A stretch of 63,140 nucleotides of DNA, the filler included, from Reticulomyxa filosa (taxonomy: Eukaryota > Protista > Foraminifera), in assembly GCA_000512085.1 (NCBI GenBank). It is 21 parts of 21 records of this genome, joined end to end, with 100 filler letters (N's around TTAATTAATTAA, not from the genome) between each part and the next. Parts side by side here need not be neighbours in the genome. Positions count along the whole stretch, not along the records: positions 35,709 to 40,021 come from ASPP01041824.1; positions 40,122 to 42,035 come from ASPP01009906.1; positions 42,136 to 43,616 come from ASPP01040070.1; positions 43,717 to 44,716 come from ASPP01049616.1; positions 44,817 to 47,037 come from ASPP01009485.1; positions 47,138 to 48,747 come from ASPP01021117.1; 15 more parts are not named here. The stretch is one strand, 5' to 3'. Positions 35,790 to 47,653 of this stretch are shown here, in pieces. A program made the position numbers and the translations under genes. The number at the start of each line of letters is the position of its first letter. The first letter of the stretch is position 1. Below the pieces are notes generated by a model. The model ran no database searches. It was not told the DNA's origin and saw only the letters and a program-made list of their open reading frames with translations.

Positions 35790-36492
35790 GGTTAACTGCT
35801 TCTGCCAATTGCAATTCATTTCGTTGCACTAATTGAACTTGGGCTTGAGCATTCATTTGCAAACTCACTCTGCTCGGTTGTCTTTGCGCGTCTATTAGTT
35901 TACGTTTTTGTTCTTCCATTTGAAGCACTGCAGCTAATTGATCACTGATCACTTTCTCCGGAATCACTTGTGAATAGTGTTTGCCTCCCACATTCTAAGA
36001 TTCATATACATATATGTATATATATATATATATGTATATTGATATTGTTGAAAAGAGCACAATACACATAACAATTGCAGAACCGCCCGGATGTATAGCA
36101 TATCTCTTCAAGTGATTCCAAATCAACTCCCAATGGGACATGTTTTCCACTCCAAAGTACTGTGCGATTTTGACTTTGTCACTGTCGTTTTGCGGACCAA
36201 TGGTTCGAAACAACGCGCCGACAGTCACGACGCCGCGCTTTTCAAAAAGCGACTTGTACAGCCTGCGCATTCGAATTTCGTCGAGCCATTGGTCGAACTC
36301 GCGCATTGCCAATTGAAAGTCTTGGATCTGCTGCCAAATGCGTCTTCGATGGAACTTGGAGTTGATTCCAATGTCGACCAAGTCTTGTTCCGACGTGATC
36401 GTGTTCAACAGAGTGATGTCTGCGATCTCCGCCTTTGTGAATAGCTCCAAGTATTGAACCAAGTTGCATTCTTCTTTCAGCCACACTGCAAA
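35790..36492 (-). CDS. Tandem SAM-domain protein, partial
   Basis: FAVWLKEECNLVQYLELFTKAEIADITLL...EQDLVDIGINSKFHRRRIWQQI, then FDQWLDEIRMRRLYKSLFEKRGV. Confidence 0.8.
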
Positions 36493-36586
36493 CTTGTTTT
36501 TTTTTTTATAAAAAAAAAAAAAAAAAGAAGATTGGTTATTACATATATAAATATATATAAATATATATAAATGTGTATGTAAATAT

Positions 36587-36627
<41 letters not shown>

Positions 36628-36684
36628 TATGTATTTATTTTTGGTAATATACTTCATCTTTTGCGACAATGGTGTATTGAATAG

Positions 36685-38112
36685 ATGGAAATAACCGTGG
36701 ACGAGAGTGACATCACAGCGATGGTAATAAACGAGATTGAGCTTCAATATTGCAAAGTGGAAGAGAAAGATATAAGCGTAATCGTTGGCAGCAAACTTGG
36801 AAATGAAGATGACAATAACAGGAGCCCCAATTCGAAGTTGCAAGCGATAATCGACAAAATGACGTGGAAATCGTGTTTGGTGTGTCCCATTTCGAAACTG
36901 CAAGTGCTGACAAAGCAATTTGAAGACAAGTATCGCAAAAAGTTGAAAAAGCTTCGCAAAGCGGACAAACCAAGAGCAAAAGACGACGAAGTGCGAAGGC
37001 AATCCAGCTCCAAGGGTGTAGTGATGAAAGAAGAAAAAGATAATCGTGGTGATAATGACGGTAGTAATGATAATGATAATGGTAATGATAATGATAATGG
37101 TGATGGTAATGATGATGATAATAAGGGCAACGAAAACGATCAGAACAAAAACAAAAAAAAGAGTGATGTTGATGTCGGTGCTGATTATGGACAAGATAGT
37201 GAATCAAAGATTCTCCAAAAAAGTAAGCTGTATTATTACGAAGTCAAGAAGCTGCACGCTGAAACACCTTATTGTATTCGCGTCCGAGCAAAGAATGAAG
37301 CGGGATGGGGTATTTTTAGCAATTTTGTTTTAGGGCATACTTCAGGCATCAGTTTAGAGCCTTGTGACTCCAAAAAAAAAAAAAAAAAAAAAGAAGGTTG
37401 TAAAAACCTTGTTCTTAAGAAGCCTCCTTCCTTATTCAACATGCTTATCATTATATGTGTGATATGTTGCTTGGTGCACGTTCTTGTAATAATAGAGCTG
37501 TCGTGGGATCACAGATTTGTCAACGCGAAAGGCTTGGCTGTGACATTGTCAAACGACGATTCCGAGTGTTTGTGGAATTCGACCTCATATTTGACGGTAC
37601 CTTGCAGCTATGCCATATCAAAAAAAACACATAAAAAGTTCACATGGGAATTTGAAGTAAATGAACTTTCGGCTAGTGGTGCTTGTCTGGGCTTTATCAC
37701 ATTGAACGGAAGGGAGTCTATATCCAGCTGGAACTATTACAACAATTGGTGCGGCTCCATACCAAAGACGTCTTGTGTGTACCTTTCTGGAACGGACCAC
37801 TGCTATCAGTATACAGATGGGGTTGCCACAGACCTACACTTATCTAAGGCTGCTGCTCGTGGAGATAAATTCCGCTTTATCTTGGATTGGAACGTAAAAA
37901 TAATCAATGTGTTACATAATGGGCAAAAGACGGGAGCATCCTTCACCTCCATCTCCGGTGATTATGTCGTCCCGGCTGCAAGCAACAATGGCAATAACAA
38001 TCAACGCATTCGTGTAAGGATCGTCAAAGATGAGCCCAAACGTCGTACTGACGATGACGATGATGTGGATTCTTCAACTTGGTGGGAAGCTGTCACTTGT
38101 AGACAACAGTAA
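36685..38112 (+). CDS. FN3 + SPRY/B30.2-like protein, 3' part
   Basis: YEVKKLHAETPYCIRVRAKNEAGWGIFS (FN3); FTWEFEV..ACLGFI..GDKFRFILDWNVKIINVLHNGQKTG..YVVPAAS (SPRY); probable in-frame intron 37352-37495. Confidence 0.75.
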   Translation: MEITVDESDITAMVINEIELQYCKVEEKDISVIVGSKLGNEDDNNRSPNSKLQAIIDKMTWKSCLVCPISKLQVLTKQFEDKYRKKLKKLRKADKPRAKDDEVRRQSSSKGVVMKEEKDNRGDNDGSNDNDNGNDNDNGDGNDDDNKGNENDQNKNKKKSDVDVGADYGQDSESKILQKSKLYYYEVKKLHAETPYCIRVRAKNEAGWGIFSNFVLGHTSGISLEPCDSKKKKKKKEGCKNLVLKKPPSLFNMLIIICVICCLVHVLVIIELSWDHRFVNAKGLAVTLSNDDSECLWNSTSYLTVPCSYAISKKTHKKFTWEFEVNELSASGACLGFITLNGRESISSWNYYNNWCGSIPKTSCVYLSGTDHCYQYTDGVATDLHLSKAAARGDKFRFILDWNVKIINVLHNGQKTGASFTSISGDYVVPAASNNGNNNQRIRVRIVKDEPKRRTDDDDDVDSSTWWEAVTCRQQ

Positions 38113-38791
38113 CTTGGTTTTGTTTTTTTTCTTAACAATAGATTTATTCTACCCGGTCTTCCCCATTTGAAGGGGGGGGAGGATAAGAGGGAAAGGAAAA
38201 AAAAAGATTACGGCACATTTTAAAAGCATTCTACTAGTGCAGAGGAAAAGAAGAGTCACAGCAAGGGGTTTTGTTATATTTGTCATAAATAATATTATTT
38301 CAGTGCATACAAGTTTGTTCAACGTTGCTGTTAAGTTTCACTAGTTTATACTAATATGATCCTTCTTGTTATTAGAATTTTTACAGTGTTAATTAATTAG
38401 AAGTAATACAGTAAACGTGCAAAGTGATTGACAGAAATTTGTCTTCAACTTTGTCAAAGGAGAAAATGATGCAATGTTGTAGATTGTAATTTTGTAATAA
38501 TTTAACAAAGGAAAAGGAGTGTGCACTTGATAACTCGAAAAAAACCGATAACACAAATGCAATGTAGTGAAAAAACGACGAAAACAGACACACTTGTCGA
38601 CGAACAAGCATTCGTCGACAAAAGGCCACAAAAATTGGTAGCTGTTGTCGCCTCTGTAAAAAAACTTCATGTTTCTAATTCGAGTTCAAATGCCAATAGC
38701 ACGAGAAGATAAAAATATTATTGATCAGTTTAGTCGAAAAAGTAGTAATTGAGTTTATCGTGCAAACGTGTGAAAAGTTTGTAAGGCATTA

Positions 38792-39906
38792 TTAAGTTTG
38801 TTTTAATGCTTCGATTAATCTTAACGCAGCCAACACACAACGTACTCCTCGCTATATTTTGATTTTTGTTTGTGTTCAAATCGTGCAGCACCGTTTATCG
38901 TATAATTTATAAATAAAAATAAAATAAAATAAAAGCAATAAACTCGTAGTTTGCGCACGTATTGGAACCGCTTCAATTGTAATAGTTGATTCGAAGTCAT
39001 TGCCTTATCTGGGGCTTTTCCTTGGAGCCATGGATGCTGTAGCGTCTGAGCTGCAGTTGCTCGTTTCGTTGGATCTCCGGCCAACAACTTTCTCACCAAA
39101 TCCTTGGCTTCGTCACTGACCGAGTTCCAATGAGGTTTGGGCATGTCATACTCTGCCTTTCGGATTTTTTGATATAGACGACCCATGTCTTCATCTTCGT
39201 CATAAAACGGCGGAAAGCCACATAACCTTGTTTAACGTGTACATAAAAAGCATATATGTAATTTTTTTTTTAACACTATTTCATTTATTTGAATAATCAA
39301 AAAAAAAAAATGGACTAAACATAATGTACAAAATAACCCCTGAAGACCACATGTCAACAGGGGCGCCATATTTTTCCCTTCTCAATATCTCCGGCGCAAC
39401 GTAGTTGGGCGTTCCACACGCCGTTTTCAAAGGATTGTCTTTACAAGACCCCGCCAGCCCAAAATCAATCAACTTTATGTTCCACTCCTCTGGCGCATAT
39501 ACGTTTTTGTTTTTGCATTTTTTCGAAAACAGCAAATTCTCGGGCTTTTATATGTTAATATCGTGTATTATTATTGTATATTTGTGAGTTCATACAAGTT
39601 AATCAAGTGTTCCTCTTTTTTTCGCTTCCCCCCCCTTGTTGGCAAAAAAAAAAAAGGGGCTCGCATGTACACGAGCAAAAAAAAAAAAAAACCTTCAAAT
39701 CTCTGTGGACAATTTTCTTTTGATGTAAATAATCCAACGCGACAACCAATTGACCGAAACATTGGGCGGTACTTTTTTCAGTAAAGTACCCTTGTTCGAC
39801 AATGCGGTCAAATAATTCGCCGCCTTCCAATAAATCCACAATAAGACACATTTTTGACTTACTGTCGAACACGTTGTGCAGTTTGACAACGTTGTCGTGA
39901 TTTATC
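38792..39906 (-). CDS. Ca2+/calmodulin-dependent protein kinase (CaMK1-like), 3' part
   Basis: [14 protein letters not shown]|[42 protein letters not shown] and a basic CaM-binding tail [12 protein letters not shown]. Confidence 0.92.
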
Positions 39907-40121
39907 TAAGTTTTTTTATTCACATTTGTTTTTATATTTGTGATTTGTTCGTGAATATAAATGTACATACGTGGGAATTTTTTTTTTTTGACTACGTATA
40001 CACTACCTAAAAAAAAAAAAANNNNNNNNNNNNNNNNNNNNNNNNNNNNNNNNNNNNNNNNNNNNTTAATTAATTAANNNNNNNNNNNNNNNNNNNNNNN
40101 NNNNNNNNNNNNNNNNNNNNN

Positions 40122-40160
<39 letters not shown>

Positions 40161-40249
40161 GATGCGTGTTATCCTCTACAGTGTCCCTCTCTCCCCTTCT
40201 CTTCTTGGCAAATCTTCTTCGTTACAAAAAAAAAAAAAAAAAAATTCTT

Positions 40250-41066
40250 TTGTTTGCAAAACTCGGTAAAACACGCTGAAAAACAATAACCCGTAACATA
40301 CATCACCAAACATGACGCCACCCACCAACAGCCATAATGGGATGTCCAACTGACAAGTGTTGTTGTCAAGGTTGTATTCGCTCTTCACAAACGCTAACAT
40401 TAGCACGCATAATATCAGGCAATGTATCGACTAAATCAATCATTTTTTTTTTTTTTGCATTTTTCAAGTCAAGATTAAAAAAAAAAATAACGTATGTATA
40501 ATTATTTATATATACATATATATATATTTTTTTTTTTTTTTTGAGTAGGTCGTATAATGCAAGAGGACCATAATGTAGGGAGACCACTTGATCCAGGGCC
40601 TCAGCTTTTTGTGAATGGCAGAAATCACCATGCGGCCACGGACGATACTGAAGAACCAAATGCAGTACTTGGATAGCCATTTGAGTGTTAGTGCAACTTT
40701 TGTGAAGTACTCGCACATCATCGTCAACGAGAAATTCGAGGTCAACCAAAACACTTTTCCTTTACTTTTTGATGTGCTTGACATATCTTTTGGAGAGTGG
40801 AACAGTGGGTCATTGTCTCGCAACAACAGTGACGTATGCGTCGTATAAAACAATACCGAACTTATCAAGGTAAACGTTAACGACAATGTAAATGTTGTAA
40901 ACGCTGCTGGCATTTTCCACATCTTTTCTTTACGTGTTAAACATTGGCCATACAACCACACTACCAGCAACACCAGATTTATACAACACAGCAACACTCC
41001 TAACAATTCCGCTATATGGCTGAGAAAATGCCATGTAGCGCTTTGTGGTGATAACAGTGCTACCAT
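40250..41066 (-). CDS. Multi-pass (7TM/GPCR-like) membrane protein, 5' part
   Basis: At least five hydrophobic helices across ORFs 40506-41066 and 40176-40406, with Cys in predicted loops. Confidence 0.5.
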
Positions 41067-41275
41067 TACTAATTTTTTTTCCAGACGCTTTGAATTTGGC
41101 GTTTATTTTTGGTAACCCTCTATCTTTCTTTGTGAACCAGTTTGTACAGACGGAAAAATTGGCAGGACAATCCAAAAAACCTTAAATAACCACTACGAAA
41201 AAAATCAAACAAGAGATCTCTATTTTTTTTAAGTAAATCCGGATAAAAGGTTTTCCCATAAAAAAAAACTGGAAA

Positions 41276-41960
41276 ATGTCAACAAGCAAGGCATTATCAT
41301 CCAAATATACGCATCCAAACGAGAAGAAAAAGATCAGTAAGCTGAAGAAGATAGTGATTGGAGACCGAGTGGAGCTTCAAAACAATGAGAAAGGAGAAGT
41401 ATGTTTCATAGGCCCAGTGCTGTTTGCAGAAGGTATTTATTATGGCGTGGAATTGGACTCGAATAGTGGGAAGTACAATGGTACTGTAGACGAGCATAAA
41501 TATTTTGGATGTGAAGAAGATTGTGGAGTCTTTGTGAATCGTTCAGAAATCATGTCTCTTTTGCAAAGTTGCGAAGCGCATGGATGCTTTAAAAACATGT
41601 GTTACCCTCAAATGTTATTTTGTTTGTTTCCTTTTCCCTCTATTTTTTTTTTGTGTCCGATAAATGAATGAAAACGTAACAGCAAACCAAACAAACAAAC
41701 AAAAAAAAAAAGATCGCGAAGGAGGAATTCGAATAGGGATTGAAGAGACAGTGGAGGTGCGTGGCAAAGGCAGCGGCACAATAAGATTCATCGGGCCAGT
41801 GCACTTTGGAGAAGGCATATGGTACGGGATTGAGTTGGATGAAAGCATAGGCGAAAGCAATGGGACGGTTGACCAAATCCGGTACTTTACGTGTCCCAAT
41901 TCATATGGGTTGTTTATCCAAGAGAGTCATCTTTTTGCTATTCTTCAAGGTAGTCAAAAA
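41276..41960 (+). CDS. Tandem CAP-Gly domain microtubule-binding protein, 5' part
   Basis: IGDRV..GEVCFIGPVLFAEGIYYGVELD..GKYNGTV..YF.C..GVFV and GTIRFIGPVHFGEGIWYGIELD..GESNGTV..YFTC..GLFI; intron 41568-41712. Confidence 0.92.
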
Positions 41961-41992
41961 GTTACTTTTTTTTATTTTAAAAAAAAATGGTC

Positions 41993-42035
<43 letters not shown>

Positions 42036-42135
42036 NNNNNNNNNNNNNNNNNNNNNNNNNNNNNNNNNNNNNNNNNNNNTTAATTAATTAANNNNNNNNN
42101 NNNNNNNNNNNNNNNNNNNNNNNNNNNNNNNNNNN

Positions 42136-43565
42136 TGCAAAACTGATGACAAGTTTATCTCTGTTGTTTCAAATTGTTGCATCCTTTTTTCCAATTCTTG
42201 TTTTGATTGCTCCATTCCTCTTTCAATTGTCAATTCTATGTCTTTCTCTGCAGTCAGTGCAAATTGCAATGTGCCCGCATCCTTGACATTGTCCAACAAA
42301 TGCCCCAAAATGATACTTTGATTTACCCCAGGCGAAACGACAAAAATGGAAACATTGGCTTTTATGGGCAACTCATTCTTCTTATCTTTGTAATTTATAA
42401 TAAGAGATAACTGTCCTTGGACTGTTTGAAAGTCTTTGTAAAAAACGATAGGTGAAATCTTTTGCAATTCACCTCCTATTTTTTTTTATTACAAAGTCAA
42501 GGTGTTAATGCATACTTAAAAAAAAAGTACACATACCTGCATCTTCATCTTCTTTTATTGAAATGGATAAGATATTTGTTTCTGTTCCACAGATATAGAC
42601 GCGCAGACTCCTTGTCCGTGGCTTACTCTCGTAGTCTTTGGATGAAATTTTTTTACACTCTTTCAGTAGAGTGCTAGTGTCTGCATCTTCGGTTAACTCG
42701 TGAAATTTTTGCATAATTTCCCAACACTTTTGTATTCCTGCAGTTTGTTTGGATTGATTTTTTTCTAACAGTTGTATAATCTCAGATGGAATACCACACT
42801 GACTTCGGATGCATGCTTCAATTACTTGCTTTACATAATTGAACAGCTCTTCAGTTAGACCGCTCGTAAACATTCTAAAGACTGAGAGTACAAAGAGTGA
42901 AAAAAGCAAATACTACACTTAAAAAAACTCTTTACAACAAGCAAAAAAAAAAAGAGTACACAACAGCTTGTATTTTTCGATGCCGCAGTATTAAAAACTT
43001 CCAGTGCTTGCATTGCACTTCCCGAAAGTGGGATTATTTGCATTTTCCGTCTGTCCAAATTCAAACAAAAAAAAAGTGCAATTATTTGTTAAGATTTTTT
43101 CAAAAAATAAAAGCTAAACAGTGGATTGTGTGGCATCCGCTTTATCTTTATAGGGAGCCATTCGTCATTTACAAATCGCAAACGAAATTGTACTATGTCA
43201 TCTTTTCTTGGCTCCTCTTCGGATGTCGGAGTAGCTCCAGCTTTCCAAAAGACCTTTATTACCATGCCCAACAACATTTTGAAAATTGAACAAAAAGTGA
43301 ACATTGTCTCAAAATATTTATAATACACATATACACACTATTTGCTTCCATTCTTTTGGGTGCATAGAAAGTGGTACAATTTGAGCTTTTGACTCGTCTT
43401 TTGACACCAAAACTTTTGTGGAATACATTTTGGGAAATGTTATGTCTTGTATTGTCACTGTGTTTGCTTCATTAATAGAATAACAGCACTCAATTTCATC
43501 ACCTTCTTTTATTTCTAAGTTTTTCCATTTTTCGTTATTTAGGTCAATCTCTGCTGATATATTGT
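42136..43565 (-). CDS. Internal fragment of an unidentified multi-exon protein
   Basis: Successive minus-strand ORFs (43089-43328, 42855-43064, 42505-42909, 42084-42467) linked by short GT-AG introns, e.g. 42476-42536. Confidence 0.5.
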
Positions 43566-43716
43566 TCTATTGCGTTAGCACGTTTTTTTAAAAAAACAAC
43601 TCCATTTTTTTTTTTTNNNNNNNNNNNNNNNNNNNNNNNNNNNNNNNNNNNNNNNNNNNNTTAATTAATTAANNNNNNNNNNNNNNNNNNNNNNNNNNNN
43701 NNNNNNNNNNNNNNNN

Positions 43717-44716
43717 AGGAAGAAGTGGAAGAGCGACCACAAGAGTTTTCCGCAGAATATACACTTCGAAAGCAATGGGGAGATAAAACCAAATTCGATG
43801 ACACATGGAAGGGCTTTGTGCAAGGCTGGAACCACGTTGCTAGTCGCGTCACCACCGACTATCAAAAATCTGGAGCCAGAGTCCGCGGACCTGGACAAGA
43901 GCCAGCGGAAAATGAACAAAAAGAGGAGGAAAAGAAGGACAATGATGAAAAGTATGACGTGGAGGATAAAAATAATATTGAGGCACTTGATATTGGCACT
44001 GGCAAATTCAAAAAGTATTTGGTTATGGTCGATACTCTCAATCAATGTAAAAATATATCATTCCAGTGCATTAAAACAAATAATCCAAACAATGAGCTGT
44101 CCGCCAGAGAGGTACCATTGTGGCCGGCAATTGATTGCGGAAGCACTGGACCGTTGGAGACCAGCAAAATGATTCGTTTGTTATTGGACCATTTGGTTAC
44201 TGTCAATAATAATTGTTTATCCAATTGTCATCAGTTTAGTATTTATTTATATATTTGTGTGTATGTTCAGAGATTTTGAATGGAGTTTTACAATTAAATG
44301 TTACAAATATCTAAGATTGAATGCTACTGAAGAAAATGCACTTGCAACACATACCTTGGGAGAAATTTTGCTAACTCATATTTCCAGTGAAAAGGATGTC
44401 GTTGGAATTGATGAGACTAAATTCTTACAGTTTGTATTCTTTTTTTTTTTTTTAAGTAGTATATATGCGTATGTAATGTTTGATTGATTTTGCATTTAAA
44501 AAAAAAAAGAGAAATACAAGAATGCACCAGCCAAAAGTTTGAATATGGGACAAATGTACCATTTGCTGTGAATTTGAGATTATTAGAAAGCCGAATGAAA
44601 GACAATTACATTGTTGGAAGAAAAATAATCAAATTCACATTAAGTGAACTGATGTTTGAATTGGCAGGACAACATGATATTCGACAAGTAATTGTGCATA
44701 TAACTGCAAAGTATAA
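43717..44716 (+). CDS. RNF213-like protein, C-terminal-domain fragment
   Basis: FVQGWNHV, IRLLLDHLVTVNNNCL, THISSEKDVVGIDE and IQECTSQKFEYG..VNLRLLESRMKDNYIVGRKII parallel the RNF213 C-terminus as I recall it (FLSTWNKL, ALVSYLIRLHNEIV, EVTELHVISYE, ILSNCQYQVEEG..FDLEKIQRQIVSRFLQGKPRL). Confidence 0.65.
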
Positions 44717-45509
44717 NNNNNNNNNNNNNNNNNNNNNNNNNNNNNNNNNNNNNNNNNNNNTTAATTAATTAANNNNNNNNNNNNNNNNNNNNNNNNNNNN
44801 NNNNNNNNNNNNNNNNTTTGTGGACTTTTTGTTTTACCATATCTTTTTCATTATTGAAAAGAAAAATAACCTTTGCTGTGCTTCCATTCCCCAAGCACGA
44901 AGTTGTCTGTCATATAAGTTCGCTTCTTGATTTGTTAATTCTGCCATTTTTAATGTTTTTTTCTTCTTCTTCGTCCCTCACCAAAACTCCGCGAAAAATA
45001 TGCTTTGCTTCTCAAGTTAAAATTATTGTTTCTGCTTTGTATCACAGAAATTTTTTTCAGTTGCAGTAATATGCATATTAAATGGTTTATAGAAAAATTT
45101 GTGCCTTAGTTAAACATTTTTCCTTAGGAATTATCCAGTTAAAATCCAAAATAAAATTAATGTAGCAATTAAATTAATTTTTTAAATAAAACTCCACTTA
45201 GATTAAAGGATAGTCAATAACACTGAATCTGCAACAGAGTGTCAACACTTGCCAAGACTACAACAAGAGTAATTGTTACAAAAAACTTTAAAGACTTGTC
45301 CTAATTAGTTGGAAAGAGAACATTAATTTTTGATGATTAATGAGCTGTCTACGTGTACCTTTTTTTAGCTTTTTTTCCGAGTGAAATTAACAGACTGGGT
45401 GAAAAAATTCTGTTTTTTGTTGGTACTTTCACCAGTGCAAAGCTTTTCCCCTTTTTCTTTCTTTTTTTTTTGGTGAGAAGGGCAGCCAAGTTTAAGTTAT
45501 TCGTATGAA

Positions 45510-46984
45510 ATGTATACTCAGAGTGCGTCGTCAAAGTTGTCTTTCAACGTGGCTCGGCTTGTTGGAATTCCGTTTACGTCGAACGATTCTGACATAGCAA
45601 AGTTTTTTTGTGGACTGCGAATAAACAAAATAAAGATTTTGAAAGATAAAAACGGGAAAAATAATGGGCATGCGTTGGTAAAATTTGCGACCGGTCAGGA
45701 TTTGATGATTGCATTGAAGAAAGACAAGCACTATATCGGTAAGCGTTACATTAATGTCAGTATTGCATCCAAGCGTGATGCAGTAGTCCACTTCAGTTCA
45801 AAGTTGACACCAATGCCAACACCGTCATTGACAGTCGTTCCAACAATGAGCACCGTCTGTGACAGCCAATATTCTGTCACACATCCCACAAAAGTTCACG
45901 TACATGAGCATTGGCATTCAATTCTGAAAATGACAGGACTGCCCCTGGACGTGCGGCCAAGTGATATTCTCCAATTTTTTAAGCAAGAAGATCCACAAAT
46001 TCAGCCTAGTTCTTTTTTTTTTTTTTTAAAGTGGCATACCAAGAAAGGATGTTTTTTTTTTACACTCTCTGCTTTTTTTTTTTTGCTCTACGTAGTTATT
46101 TTTTTTTGGCGAAAAAAAATGGAATCGGGATTATTTGCATAGCACAAATTTGCCTAGCGCTTGACAGCACTCACAAAATCAATGGAATCGCTTTCGTTGC
46201 GTTTGACACAAATGACAACAGAAAGTTACGTAATATTTTGAAGTAGAAAAAGACTGGAGAAAGGATGTACGCTAAAAGAGAAAAAACATCGCGGACAGAG
46301 AGAGAAAGAGGAGGGGGAGGGAGATAAAGGAAAGAGATAGCACTCGTGCAACAATAAACAAAACAAAAAAATATATGCAATAGAAAAAAAAAAAAGAAAA
46401 GAAATAAAAAAAAAAATAAAAAAAGCAAAGCTGTGAGGTTACATGAAAAGTATATCAAACAGCACCTTGTGCGATTAATGCACAGCGATGAGTATGAAAT
46501 GTCCCTACATTCGACAATCTTAATTTTTCTCGAATTTCCAAATCGTCGGGGATGGATCACACACGGACGTTATTGCAATTGAAAGACTCCTCACCGCTTG
46601 CATTGCAAGAGACCAAGAGCAAAGTCATGTTGGAAAAAAAATTTGGTGTGTTGCTCAAAGGATTGCCTGCTGGGATTGACGAAACGGCTATAATGCAATT
46701 TTTCCATGGTTCATGACAGCACCGACAAAAAAAAAAAAAAACCAACAACACAAAACAAACGATTTATATTGTAGTCATTGCAGTGAATATATGTATACAT
46801 ATTCATTTTGTTTGATTGTTTTTTTTTTTCATTTTGGTCCATTGGGGGGGGGGGGGGGGATTATCTAGATCGAAGGATTAGCCCTGTTGCGGTCTGTAAA
46901 CGAGTAGGGACGATCGAAGCGTATGTGGAGTTTGCCAACATGGAGAGTGTCAAAGAGGCAATAAATCAAAGCCCTGTTTTGTAA
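45510..46984 (+). CDS. hnRNP F/H-GRSF1-ESRP-type quasi-RRM RNA-binding protein (three qRRMs)
   Basis: ARLVGIPFTSNDSDIAKFFCGL..GHALVKF..ALKKDKHYIGKRYINV; LKMTGLPLDVRPSDILQFF..GIAFVAF; LLKGLPAGIDETAIMQFF..EAYVEF. Confidence 0.85.
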
Positions 46985-47653
46985 CTATACCAAGCCAAAC
47001 AAAACAGCAAAAAATAAAAAAATAAAAAAATTAAACCNNNNNNNNNNNNNNNNNNNNNNNNNNNNNNNNNNNNNNNNNNNNTTAATTAATTAANNNNNNN
47101 NNNNNNNNNNNNNNNNNNNNNNNNNNNNNNNNNNNNNCGACATGCCACCATGTGAGATGTATTTTGGACATTGTGCCCATTCACTAGTGAACTAACTGTT
47201 TGCCCATGTTTTTTTTGGCTATTGACTGCAAATGACTATGAATAAGCTTGATATTTTTTTAAAAAATAAAATTTTCAAAGGATGTCAAGCAAAGCACACT
47301 TTCATCTATACCATTTTTCTTGAGCATTTTCGAATTTCTAGTTTCTCATTATAAGAAAAAATCTCAATAATTTCACAGTTGTGAAGTCATGTAACTTTTA
47401 TTTGTGTTAAATAAAATATGGATCAAATGAAAAATATGGTTTGCTGCTATTCTTTAATTCCTTTTATCGAAAAGTTGATGAGTTTTATTATTTGGTATCA
47501 TTTAAATTGTATCAAATTTTTAAAAATTTTCACAATGTGGACGTCAATAAAACGCAAATCTTTATTGATTGTATTCAGTTAAATCGATAATTTTCTTTTT
47601 TTATTGTTTAACTTTGAAAAATTAAAATATTTAATTGTTTAACTTGAAAAATA

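Noticed and set aside
36493-37194. N-terminal 230 aa of the 399-aa minus-strand ORF as a real membrane protein overlapping FN3-SPRY
   Set aside because: It is the antisense shadow of (GAT/AAT)n coding repeats plus intronic microsatellite (poly-I, YMYM, poly-F/K).
37352-37495. Poly-K plus hydrophobic stretch as a transmembrane segment in FN3-SPRY
   Set aside because: Looks like a 144-nt stop-free GT-AG intron with an A-run; removing it keeps the frame.
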